A stretch of DNA of 64,000 nt from Planctomycetota bacterium (GTDB lineage Bacteria > Planctomycetota > UBA1135 > UBA2386), in the NCBI GenBank assembly GCA_965223545.1, contig OZ245006.1:1888001-1952000 (forward strand). The letters are read 5' to 3'. The notes below the pieces were generated by a model. That model worked only from the letters and a program-made list of their open reading frames with translations. It was not told the origin of the DNA and ran no database searches. Each line of letters starts with the position of its first letter. Within the stretch, counting starts at the first letter, position 1. A program made the position numbers and the translations under genes. Positions 11,335-20,381 of this stretch are shown here, piece by piece.

Positions 11335-12498
11335 TCAGAACGTAACCTGCTCGAAGATTGGGCGGGACAGGAGCGCCTGGCTGGCCCACACGGTGGCGAC
11401 TTGCGCGGCGAACTCGACGCCGAGCACTGCGGTCTGCGTCGGCACCGGGAACGACACCGGCGTCTGGCTGCCGAGGGCGACACAGCTGTAGACGCCGTTG
11501 GGGTCGATGCAGAGCCAGCCGGCGCCGGCGAACGGCTGCGGCGCGGCCGGATCGCCGACCACCAGCGCCGAGGCCGACCCGAACACCGGCACGAACTGCA
11601 GCGACCACATCTGGCCGAGCCGCGGCGGCGCCGTCGCACTGATCGAGAACCCCAACGAGTCGACGCTGTTGGCGATGACCGGTTGCCCGTCGGGTTGCTG
11701 GCCCCAGCTGACTCCCAACACGAACACGCGGCCGCCGCGGCCGGGGACCTCGGTGGTGTCGGCGTGCCAGTACTCGTCGGCGACGACCGCGTCGCCTCCG
11801 TAGCTCATCGTTCCCCACGCGCAGGGGCACGCGGTCGGCTGCACGGGTGAGATCAAGAAGCTGTCCCCGCCGTCACCGGCGGTCAGCGTGCTGCCGACCG
11901 CGACCACCGAAGCACCCGGAGCATCGATGGCGGCTCCTCCCTGGGGCGTCGGGGTCTGTGTGCCATCGGAATCGGATGCCGTGCCGTCCACTACGCAATC
12001 GCTGAGCACGATGAGCGGCGCGCCCGTCGGCACGTGGATGCCCGGAGCGCTGACCAGGATGCCAGTGAGCACACCCGTGTAGACGTGCCCCGTGATCGAG
12101 CTACGGTACACGCGCAGCTCGGCCAACCCGGTCGCGCTGATACCCGCGCCGGGCGTGCAGGTGGGCCAGGTCGCGGTACCGCCGATCGTCAGCCCGCTGA
12201 TCGACACTCGGTCCGCACCGCCGCCGCGAATCGTGATCGCCGGCGGCTGAGTGCAGCCGCCATTCGGCGCCGAGGCGATGGTCGCGCCCTGGTCACCGAT
12301 CAGCGTGATCGACTTCGTAATGACGACCGCGCCGTGCGAGCCGCCGGCGATGCCAAGCCGAGCACCGGAGTTGGCGGCATCGATCGCGGCCTGCAGCGCG
12401 GTGTACTGAGCGCCGGTGTCGAGGTTGGTGATCGACTGCGCGGCGGTGGATCCGGCGAGGGCCAATCCCAAGACCGGCAAGAGAGTGCGATGGTGCAT
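11335..12498 (-). CDS. Secreted beta-helix-like protein with a conserved C-terminal domain
   Basis: GGAG RBS then MHHRTLLPVLGLALAGSTAAQ signal peptide. YTALQAAIDAANSG...ITKSITLIG is a pectin-lyase-like N-cap. Confidence 0.7.
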   Translation of the reverse strand: MHHRTLLPVLGLALAGSTAAQSITNLDTGAQYTALQAAIDAANSGARLGIAGGSHGAVVITKSITLIGDQGATIASAPNGGCTQPPAITIRGGGADRVSISGLTIGGTATWPTCTPGAGISATGLAELRVYRSSITGHVYTGVLTGILVSAPGIHVPTGAPLIVLSDCVVDGTASDSDGTQTPTPQGGAAIDAPGASVVAVGSTLTAGDGGDSFLISPVQPTACPCAWGTMSYGGDAVVADEYWHADTTEVPGRGGRVFVLGVSWGQQPDGQPVIANSVDSLGFSISATAPPRLGQMWSLQFVPVFGSASALVVGDPAAPQPFAGAGWLCIDPNGVYSCVALGSQTPVSFPVPTQTAVLGVEFAAQVATVWASQALLSRPIFEQVTF

Positions 12499-12670
12499 GT
12501 TGGACTCCTGCTTGGGGCTCCCGAAGACGGACCAGCATAGCGAAGCGCGCACCGCGCGGGCGGCACCGTGGCACGGGTCGGGCGCAGCGCGCTCTCGATC
12601 GTTACGCCAGATCCCGCCGGGCGATCGAGAAACCCGCGTAACGGCCGGACCGCGCGCACCACCCCCGAGC

Positions 12671-13318
12671 ATGGTCGATGCTGCCGATGGCGTCCGAGAT
12701 CCCGCCGAAGACTCCGATCTGATGCGCGCACGGCGCGGCGATGCCGCGGCGCTGGACCGCCTGCTCCGGCGCCTGCGCCCGTGGCTCGCGGCGGCCGCCC
12801 ACCGACGGCTCGGCGCGCGCCTGGCCGCGCGCGTACATACGTCCGACATCCTGCAATCGACCCTGCTCGAGCTGGTCGAGTCACTGCGCGCGTTCCGCGG
12901 TCGCACGGTCCACCAGCTGAACGCGTGGGCGGCGCAGATGCTGGAGAACAACCTGCGCGATGCCCACCGCCACTACCATGCAGGCAAGCGCGGCGCGTCC
13001 AAGCTCGTCCCGCTGGACCCGAGTCTCTGCGGCGAATCGACGGTGACCCCGAGCCGCGAAGCAATCGCCCGTGAGCAGCTGCTGCTGGTCGGCGAGGCGA
13101 TGGCCCACCTGAGTCCCGACCAGCGTCACGTGCTGATCCTGCGCATGCAACCGAACTTCACGCACGATCGCGCCGCGCACGTGCTCGACCGCTCGACAGG
13201 AGCCTGCCGTATCCTGTTAGCGCGCGCCCGGGCGCGGCTGACGATCGAGCTGGCCCGCCTGTGCGCCGCCGGGGGTGAGTCCGTCACAAAAAGTGACGGT
13301 GGGGAGAATTCCGCGTAA
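12671..13318 (+). CDS. ECF RNA polymerase sigma factor
   Basis: ARRGDAAALDRLL...SDILQST...FRGRT...W..QMLENNLRD (sigma2) and LSPDQRHVLILR...AAHVLDRSTGACRILLARARARL (sigma4). Confidence 0.88.
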   Translation: MVDAADGVRDPAEDSDLMRARRGDAAALDRLLRRLRPWLAAAAHRRLGARLAARVHTSDILQSTLLELVESLRAFRGRTVHQLNAWAAQMLENNLRDAHRHYHAGKRGASKLVPLDPSLCGESTVTPSREAIAREQLLLVGEAMAHLSPDQRHVLILRMQPNFTHDRAAHVLDRSTGACRILLARARARLTIELARLCAAGGESVTKSDGGENSA

Positions 13319-13389
13319 CGTGTCGGAATGTCGCGCAACCACCGGACAAAGGTGGTGCCCGACCAGCGGGCCCCCGAGGAGATTCACCA

Positions 13390-14607
13390 ATGCACACTCA
13401 TTCCCTCGCGATCGTCGTTCTCGCCTCCGCGACCCTGATCCCGGCTCAAACCCCGCCCGTGCTGTCGGGCCCCTTGGTGCTCGACTGGCGCGCCCCCTCC
13501 CAGACGACTTTCATCCCAGCCGCGACAGTCGACTCGACGTTCTACGACTTTCTAGAGTTCCAAGTCTCCGGCGACCCCGACGTGGTCGGCTCATACGTGC
13601 TGTTGGGGTACCGCTTGACGTGCTCGCAAGCCTGGTTCGACGCGGCCCCCCCGCCGCCGTGGAACGACACGACGGCCCTGGGCCACCACCCCCCGATCGG
13701 GGTGAAAGCCGCCGGCGCAAACCGCATTCCCGCTTGGGATCCCACCGACATGATGCCTCCCTGCATCCTGCCGCAGAGCCAGTTGGACGCGATCTTCGAT
13801 GCCGTGAGCGCCGGCCACGCAAGCAACCCGGCAGTCGTCAACGACACCTGCCAGCCGATTCTCCAACAGCAGAACTCACCGGCGACCCGCTTGATCCGCG
13901 GCGACTACCCACACTGGAATAGCGCAACAAAGGATCGCTGGGCATCCGTCGCAATGGGTTTCGACGGAGTCCAGATGACGATGCCTGCCCTACTCAAGCT
14001 CGCGTTGTTAGAGCAGATCCAGGAAGTCGACCCAACTATGACCGCCACCCAGGTCAACGCTTTCACGGACTCCCTATTCTGGAGGAACCACGCCGCCGGC
14101 AACATCTACATCGACATACAAGCGTTGCAGTTCTGGGGCGATGGAATTGACGCATCTAGGATCGGGTTCCCCTCGAATGACACAGACCCACCACCGGGAG
14201 CGGCAGGCACGACCTTGACCGTCGGCACATCAAACGACCGTCGATATACGTGGACCGGGACTTCAGGGGGCAAGCCCCCGTACTACATCCCGATGCCGTG
14301 GATGAACCCGATTGCCAAGGCATTGGCGCCGTGGCCAAACCAGGGCAACAGTTACGCGCCGGGAAGTCCCTTCTACACCGAAATCATCGGGCTAGAGCAC
14401 GAGACGACTGCTGTCGTCGAGTTCAACAACAACCCGAACACTCGAGTGGAGTGCGACATGTTCCCCGGCAGTGGACTGCACGGCGCTGGGTTGATGCTGC
14501 CTTCCTGGGCACTGTCGGGGTGGCAATTCGCGATCGTCGGCTACTACAAAGGGCTCGACTTCACCGCGGTGCCACCGAACTTTCGGGACTGGGGTTTCAT
14601 CCAATGA
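13390..14607 (+). CDS. Secreted hypothetical protein
   Basis: GAGGAG RBS, signal peptide MHTHSLAIVVLASATLIPAQ, 405 aa, no family recognised. Confidence 0.7.
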   Translation: MHTHSLAIVVLASATLIPAQTPPVLSGPLVLDWRAPSQTTFIPAATVDSTFYDFLEFQVSGDPDVVGSYVLLGYRLTCSQAWFDAAPPPPWNDTTALGHHPPIGVKAAGANRIPAWDPTDMMPPCILPQSQLDAIFDAVSAGHASNPAVVNDTCQPILQQQNSPATRLIRGDYPHWNSATKDRWASVAMGFDGVQMTMPALLKLALLEQIQEVDPTMTATQVNAFTDSLFWRNHAAGNIYIDIQALQFWGDGIDASRIGFPSNDTDPPPGAAGTTLTVGTSNDRRYTWTGTSGGKPPYYIPMPWMNPIAKALAPWPNQGNSYAPGSPFYTEIIGLEHETTAVVEFNNNPNTRVECDMFPGSGLHGAGLMLPSWALSGWQFAIVGYYKGLDFTAVPPNFRDWGFIQ

Positions 14608-14614
14608 AGCGGGG

Positions 14615-17338
14615 TCAGCGGCCATAGTTCCGAACTTGCAACTCCTGGAGCTCGGCCAGCTGGCGCTGCCAATTGGCCTGCTCGGGACCTGGCCCGCTGC
14701 GCTCGACCAGGAACCGCAGAGCAGTCTCTGCACCACTCCAGTCCTCGAGCTCGCGCATGACCTCCAACGCCGCCACGAGCACGCGAGTAGCCGTCTCAGG
14801 AGCGAGGGAGCCTGACGGTCTACACAGCGGCACCAGAATCCGCAGATGGTCGCGGGCCCGCAGCGCAGCGTTGCGCGCCATCGGCTCGTTGAGCCTGCTC
14901 GGATCGCGGCCGAGATCGCGGATCTGAAGCAAGAGCTCGACCAAGTGCCGGCGCGCGTCGACGACCATCGGGGCCCACTCGATCGAAGTCTCGAACCAGC
15001 GCATCGCAGCCGCAGGCTCCCCGCGGGCAGCCGCGACCTGCGCCAACCGCCGCGCCACCTTCGCGCGTGCACGCCGATAACGCATCGAGTCGAGCAGTGC
15101 AATGCCCTCGTTGACGAGCTCATCCCAGGCTGCTGGTCGGTGCCCACGCAGTGCTCCGAGCACCCGAAGCTCGTAGGCATCGGCCGCCGCACCGTCACGC
15201 ACCCAGAACTGCCGTGTATCGCGCTCGACTTGCTCGAGCATCGCCAGCACACGCGGGACATCGCCGGTCGCCACTAGCACGTGGTGCGCCTCTGCCCAGC
15301 GCAACGCCGGACCGTCCGCCCCCGTACTCCGGTGGGCGGCCAGGCGCGAACCAAACGCCGCATCGTCACCAGCGCGGTGCGCGATTTCGAGATCCAGAAC
15401 GCGCTCAACGATCGACCACCTGTGCAGAGGGATCGCGTCCAGCGTCGCCTTGGCCCTAGCGAAGTCGCCCGCCCACATCTCTGCGCGGGCAAGGTTGCGA
15501 CGCACGTGCCGCGACTGCGGCGCGCGCGCCACCAGGTCGCGCAACCGCGCGCGCGCACGCGCGGGCTCACCCGCATCCAACTCCAACACCGCCTCGAGCA
15601 AGTGCGCGCGCCGCCTCGGAGCGCCTGACGCCAAAGTAGCCGGAGCGAGCGCACGCGCGGTCTCCGACCAGCTCCGCGGGATTGCCCGCATCGCCGCCGC
15701 CGCGACGACGTGGTCGTCGGGATGCCCCGCTTCGACTCCGAGGACGTCACGGCGCTGGCCATCGAAGAGCTCGGCCAACGCCTGCGCGGCCGGTGACGAA
15801 CCAGCCTCCCCGAGCTCGACGGCAGCCAAGTGCGCCTTGGCGTCCTCGACGCGGTCGGTAGCCCAACACGCCAGCGCCAACGCGAGTCGCGCGCGGTGTG
15901 GGTGGCGCTCCAACACCGCCGGGCGCTCGACGGCGGCGATGCCGCGCTGCAGGACCTCGGCATCCGCGGCACCGGTGGCGTGGATCGCTTCGTCGAGCAG
16001 CGTGCGCAGCGCGACGTCGGCGTCGACCGTCGCCGCGAGATGTAGGATGCGCGGGTCGTCGGGCGCGAGCGCGACCAAGTCGGCCAGGCGCGCGACCGCC
16101 TCGTCGATCTCCCCTCTCGACAGCGCGCTCTCGATGCGCGCGCTGCCCCGACGCACTTCGCCATCCAGCTGTACGCCGCGGACTGCAGCCAATCCACCGG
16201 CGATCCCGAGCACTGCCACGGCAGCCACGGCAGCCGCAGTGGTCCGCGGGTGACGGAAGCACCGCCTCCACATCCGCGCAACCACCGACACCGGCCGCAC
16301 ACCGAGGGGCTCGCCGGCGAGGTAGCGCCGCAGCTCGTCGCGGAGCTGGCCCGCGCTCGAGAACCGATGCCGCAGGTCTTTCTCCAGCGCCTTCGCGATC
16401 ACCGTGCCGAGGTCGCGCTCCCCGGGCGGCAGCCGGAGCGGCGGGGGATCTTCCAACATGATCTTGGCCACCATGCGCTGCGGTTCGTCGGAGTCGACGA
16501 CCGGCCGTCCCGCTGCCAGCTCGTAGAGCGTCGCGCCGACCGCGTACACGTCCATCCGCGGCTCGGGGCGCACGTGCGCGCCCGCCAGCACCTCCGGCGC
16601 GAGATAGGCCAGCGTGCCGGGGACCGTTCCCGCCCGCGTCACGGTGGCGTCGTCGACCGCCCGCGCCAGACCGAAATCGACCAGCACCGGCACGTTCCCG
16701 TCCATCAGGATGTTGGCTGGCTTGACGTCGCGGTGTACCACGCCGCAACGATGCGCGGCATCGAGAGCGTCGGCGATGGCAACGCCGATGCGCGCCACTT
16801 CGCGCGGCGCCAGCGGCAACTCCGCGCGATCGAGCGGCGGGCCGCTGAGCCGTTTCATCGCCAAGAAGGCAAAGCCCTGCTCCGCACCCGTCGCGTAGAC
16901 CGGCACCACGTTCGGATGCTCGATGGCCGCCGCGAGCTCAGCTTCGCGGCGAAACCGCAGCATCGCGCGCTCGTCCGTCCAGCGATCGGCGTCGATGAGC
17001 TTGAGCGCGACCTCCCGCCCGAGCGAGAGCTGCCGCGCCGAGTAGACCACCCCCATCCCGCCCCGGCCGAGGGGGAATAGGAGCTCGAAATCGTCGATCC
17101 GGTCGAACGGCGGCGGCAGCGCTTTCGCCCCCGCCCTCGCCGCGCGCGGCGGCGTTACCGAGGCAATCGTGGGCGCGTGCTCCTCGATCGCTGCCAGAGC
17201 GCGCGCCCGCAGCACCTCGTCGCCCGGACAAAGAGCGGCGAGGTCGATCTCTTCGCCCCGCTCCTGCGCCAAGAACCACTCGGTCAGCACATCCAACAGC
17301 CGGGTGTCGCCACCGTCGATTCGGGTCGGCTCACTCAT
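14615..17338 (-). CDS. Hanks-type Ser/Thr protein kinase with TM segment and TPR-like C-terminus
   Basis: LGRGGMGVVY, VALK, HRDVKPANIL, DFGLA, GTLAYLAPE, DVYAVG. Overlaps the upstream ECF gene. Confidence 0.93.
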   Translation of the reverse strand: MSEPTRIDGGDTRLLDVLTEWFLAQERGEEIDLAALCPGDEVLRARALAAIEEHAPTIASVTPPRAARAGAKALPPPFDRIDDFELLFPLGRGGMGVVYSARQLSLGREVALKLIDADRWTDERAMLRFRREAELAAAIEHPNVVPVYATGAEQGFAFLAMKRLSGPPLDRAELPLAPREVARIGVAIADALDAAHRCGVVHRDVKPANILMDGNVPVLVDFGLARAVDDATVTRAGTVPGTLAYLAPEVLAGAHVRPEPRMDVYAVGATLYELAAGRPVVDSDEPQRMVAKIMLEDPPPLRLPPGERDLGTVIAKALEKDLRHRFSSAGQLRDELRRYLAGEPLGVRPVSVVARMWRRCFRHPRTTAAAVAAVAVLGIAGGLAAVRGVQLDGEVRRGSARIESALSRGEIDEAVARLADLVALAPDDPRILHLAATVDADVALRTLLDEAIHATGAADAEVLQRGIAAVERPAVLERHPHRARLALALACWATDRVEDAKAHLAAVELGEAGSSPAAQALAELFDGQRRDVLGVEAGHPDDHVVAAAAMRAIPRSWSETARALAPATLASGAPRRRAHLLEAVLELDAGEPARARARLRDLVARAPQSRHVRRNLARAEMWAGDFARAKATLDAIPLHRWSIVERVLDLEIAHRAGDDAAFGSRLAAHRSTGADGPALRWAEAHHVLVATGDVPRVLAMLEQVERDTRQFWVRDGAAADAYELRVLGALRGHRPAAWDELVNEGIALLDSMRYRRARAKVARRLAQVAAARGEPAAAMRWFETSIEWAPMVVDARRHLVELLLQIRDLGRDPSRLNEPMARNAALRARDHLRILVPLCRPSGSLAPETATRVLVAALEVMRELEDWSGAETALRFLVERSGPGPEQANWQRQLAELQELQVRNYGR

Positions 17339-17909
17339 CGTCCGACCGCGGCTTGCCGAGCTCGATCACGAGCGCCGCGCGGGCACGCGCCAGCAGCACA
17401 CGGCACGCACCCGCCGACCGGCCCATCACCGCGCCCGACTGCGCGTGGGTTTGTTCGGGATCCATGTGCAACGTGAGAATGCGCACGTGGTCCGGGGACA
17501 AGCGCGCCATGGCGCGGGCGACCAGCACCAGCTCCTCGGCGGCGGCGACCTCCGAGCTGGGCGTCGCTTGTGCCGCCGACACGGCGCCCGGGTCGGCGGC
17601 TTCCTCGCGGCGCGCATCCCTGCGCCCGGCGAGCACCCGCCGCCACCGCTGGCGCACCGTGCGTTCGAGAATCCGGAACACCCAGGCGGCGAACTCGCCT
17701 TCGCTCTTGCCGCGAAAACTCGGCAGCGAGGACAACACCTGCAGGTAGGTCGACTGCAGGATGTCCGACGAATCGGCGTGCGGCCGCATCACCGGTCCGA
17801 TCTCGCGGCGCACTGCACTCTGCAGCGGTCGGCGGATGCGCGCCAGGAGTTGCTCGAGCGCGGCGCGGTCTCCGCTGCGCGCGCGCTCCAACGCGTCGCC
17901 CGCACTCAC
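17331..17909 (-). CDS. ECF RNA polymerase sigma factor (paralog of 12671-13318)
   Basis: ARSGDRAALEQLL...DSSDILQST...FRGKSEGEFAAWV...TPSS...LSPDHVRILTL...GRSAGACRVLLARARAAL. Confidence 0.88.
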   Translation of the reverse strand: MSAGDALERARSGDRAALEQLLARIRRPLQSAVRREIGPVMRPHADSSDILQSTYLQVLSSLPSFRGKSEGEFAAWVFRILERTVRQRWRRVLAGRRDARREEAADPGAVSAAQATPSSEVAAAEELVLVARAMARLSPDHVRILTLHMDPEQTHAQSGAVMGRSAGACRVLLARARAALVIELGKPRSDDE

Positions 17910-18014
17910 CGCGCAGTCCTTCGCGCACAGCCACGGCGCGGTGGCTCGGTCGACACGGACGAGAACGGCATCGGTCCATTGTAACGCGTTCCCGACCGTG
18001 CCGAACCGTGGCTG

Positions 18015-19337
18015 TCACGGGACGATCGTGTACTTGGGGTTGCTGGCGACCGCCGTGAGCATGGCGGCATAGGTCCCGTGGGTTTGGCCTTCGGCCACGC
18101 ATTCGCCTGTGATGTTGTTGCTCTGCGACAGCACGATCGAACCGGGAATCGGCAAGCCCGTGTCGGTCTCACCGACCGCGGGGCCGATCACGAGCGCCTC
18201 ACGCGCGCCCGGCGACTGGGTAATCGTGGTGCCCGTGATCTCCAGAAACTTGCAGTGCGAGATGTTGACGTTGGGGCGGCGTGCCGAGCCGACGCCGACG
18301 AACACCGGCCCGACCTGGAAGTCGCAATCGCGGATGACCAGCGCATCGGTACCCGTGGGCGCGTTCGAGCCCCGGCTCATCACGAGCGCCCCGGTGATGT
18401 TGCCCGAGACGTTCGGGTGCAGGTTAGGGTTGGCGCCCAGCCGGACGACAGTGTCTTCGATGATGACCGTCCCGCTGTGGTTGCCCTTGAACGTGAGTGC
18501 CGACCCGCCGCCTCCCTGCTCGAGGCATACGTCCTCGATGTAGCAACCCCGCACCAGGATCGTACCGCGACCCTTGGGTCCCTCGGTGGTACGGGCGGTA
18601 ACCTGCACGACGGTGCGCCCCAGCCAACAGAACTCGGCATCCTCAATCGAGACCGCCATGCTGTTCGCGTCCGGTGCCTGCACGTTGTGGTGATAGAACG
18701 CATGCTCTTCTCCGATGCCCTTCACCTCACCGCCCTTGAAGACGAAGTCGTCCACGTAGTACGTCAGGAACCCCCATTTCCCCCTGAAGCCACTGTCCGT
18801 CTCAGCGTTCCAGCCGACGCCCGAGCCTAACCCGACCTTGCAGTTTTCGAAGTGCAAACGCGAGTGCACCGTGGTGTTGGACAGCATCACCGCGGCGCGA
18901 TCGTCGGGCTCGATCAGAAGATTGCTGAACAGAATGTCGTTACCGCGCTTGATCTCCAGCGTGTCGCTGCCGCCCACAGGATTCATGGTCCACACCACCA
19001 TGCCCGGATTGTTCGGCAGGATGCGCGTTGTCGCGCCGCCCTGGACCCGGTCGAGACTGAGGTGCGGGTAGCTGCCGTTGCGCACGGCGATACGGTCACC
19101 GGGCACGGCGATCCCCTGGTTCCACAACACCTCGACCGGGTTGTTGCCGGGCGTGTCGGTCCAAGAGAAGTTGGGATAGGGGCTGTAGCCCAGAGGATTC
19201 GCGCGCACGACCCAGTCGGGTGGAACCGCGACCGGAGGTTGCTGGCCCACCTGCGCGGCGGACATGGCGGCGAGCGTCGTGATGGAGAGTGCGAGCGCGG
19301 CGACGTGCCGCGTTCGGATCGGATGTGCGTTGTGCAT
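18015..19337 (-). CDS. Secreted right-handed parallel beta-helix protein
   Basis: AAGGAG RBS, signal peptide ending MSAAQ, PGDRIAVRNGSY N-cap, and repeated beta-helix strands (EHAFYHHN, VIIEDTV, VIRDCDF). Confidence 0.65.
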   Translation of the reverse strand: MHNAHPIRTRHVAALALSITTLAAMSAAQVGQQPPVAVPPDWVVRANPLGYSPYPNFSWTDTPGNNPVEVLWNQGIAVPGDRIAVRNGSYPHLSLDRVQGGATTRILPNNPGMVVWTMNPVGGSDTLEIKRGNDILFSNLLIEPDDRAAVMLSNTTVHSRLHFENCKVGLGSGVGWNAETDSGFRGKWGFLTYYVDDFVFKGGEVKGIGEEHAFYHHNVQAPDANSMAVSIEDAEFCWLGRTVVQVTARTTEGPKGRGTILVRGCYIEDVCLEQGGGGSALTFKGNHSGTVIIEDTVVRLGANPNLHPNVSGNITGALVMSRGSNAPTGTDALVIRDCDFQVGPVFVGVGSARRPNVNISHCKFLEITGTTITQSPGAREALVIGPAVGETDTGLPIPGSIVLSQSNNITGECVAEGQTHGTYAAMLTAVASNPKYTIVP

Positions 19338-19501
19338 GTTGAGCTCCTTTCGAGGGAGTCCAGCGCAGCATCGGCCGAAGCGTTACGCGTCGCGCGCCAT
19401 GCGCAGCACGCTCCGTAACGCCAGCGCGATCTCGGCGCCAAGCGTGCGCGCGCGGCCTCGATGCCGGCGCACACGAGTCCACGACCCAAAGAGAGAACCA
19501 C

Positions 19502-20365
19502 ATGCACAGCAGAGCCTCACTGTTGGCGACCGCCGGCGCGGTCGCGCTCACCGCCGCCACCATCACCGCTCAGGCCAGCGCGCCGCCGGCCTCGCCGAGC
19601 CAGCCTCCGCAGCAGATCAACCCACAGACCATCCTCGGTTCGCTGCTGTGGGCTTGGGGTTGGGCCGGCGCCAACGGGCAGCACGTCGTCATCGTGCCCG
19701 GCCCGCGCGGCCCGCTGATCGAGTTCCTCGCCGATCTCTCCGGCAACGGCCACCACTGGTTCCGCTACGGCACCAACCAGCCGGGGTATCAGGTTGGCCT
19801 CGATCTGCCGGCCACGACGAAGGGGGGCGCCTACCAAACCTCGCTCCCGCTGATCGGCCTCGACAAGTACTCACCGCCCTGTCCCTCGGGCTGCGAGCTG
19901 TACGGCAACGTCTATGACCAGGAGCAAAGCCTGAATGCCAATGGCGCGTTCTACCTGGCCGTGGTGTCCATGAACACGCGCACGGGAGGCACGCGCGAGC
20001 TCCTCGGGCGCACCGCGCTGGACGTCGTGCGCTGCGACCAGAGCCGCGACAACGTATCCCTCACGGTGCACGGCACGACGCGCGAGATCGCTCCGGACGG
20101 CACCTTGCCGGCGGGGATCAGCCTGCTCGAGATCTGGCGCAAGGCCAGCGGAGAGATCGTCTGCGTCGCCAATGGCAACGTGGTGTCGCCACCCGGGATC
20201 TTCATGCCCGGCGTCTTCGCCCTGTCGGGATTCGGTTACGACGGCGCCGGCACCTCGCAGCACGACGACTATTTGTGCGAGCTGGTGATCTGCGATGGCT
20301 TGCCGACTGCGACGCAGCGCAACGCGCTGCGGACGCATCTCAGCGGCAAGTGGGGCGTTCAGTAG
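19502..20365 (+). CDS. Secreted ConA/LamG-like lectin-fold protein
   Basis: Signal peptide; DLSGNGHH near the N-terminus and LCELVICDGLPTATQRNALRTHLSGKWG at the C-terminus match LamG-like boundary motifs. Confidence 0.55.
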   Translation: MHSRASLLATAGAVALTAATITAQASAPPASPSQPPQQINPQTILGSLLWAWGWAGANGQHVVIVPGPRGPLIEFLADLSGNGHHWFRYGTNQPGYQVGLDLPATTKGGAYQTSLPLIGLDKYSPPCPSGCELYGNVYDQEQSLNANGAFYLAVVSMNTRTGGTRELLGRTALDVVRCDQSRDNVSLTVHGTTREIAPDGTLPAGISLLEIWRKASGEIVCVANGNVVSPPGIFMPGVFALSGFGYDGAGTSQHDDYLCELVICDGLPTATQRNALRTHLSGKWGVQ

Positions 20366-20381
20366 ACGACCCGGGCCGCGG

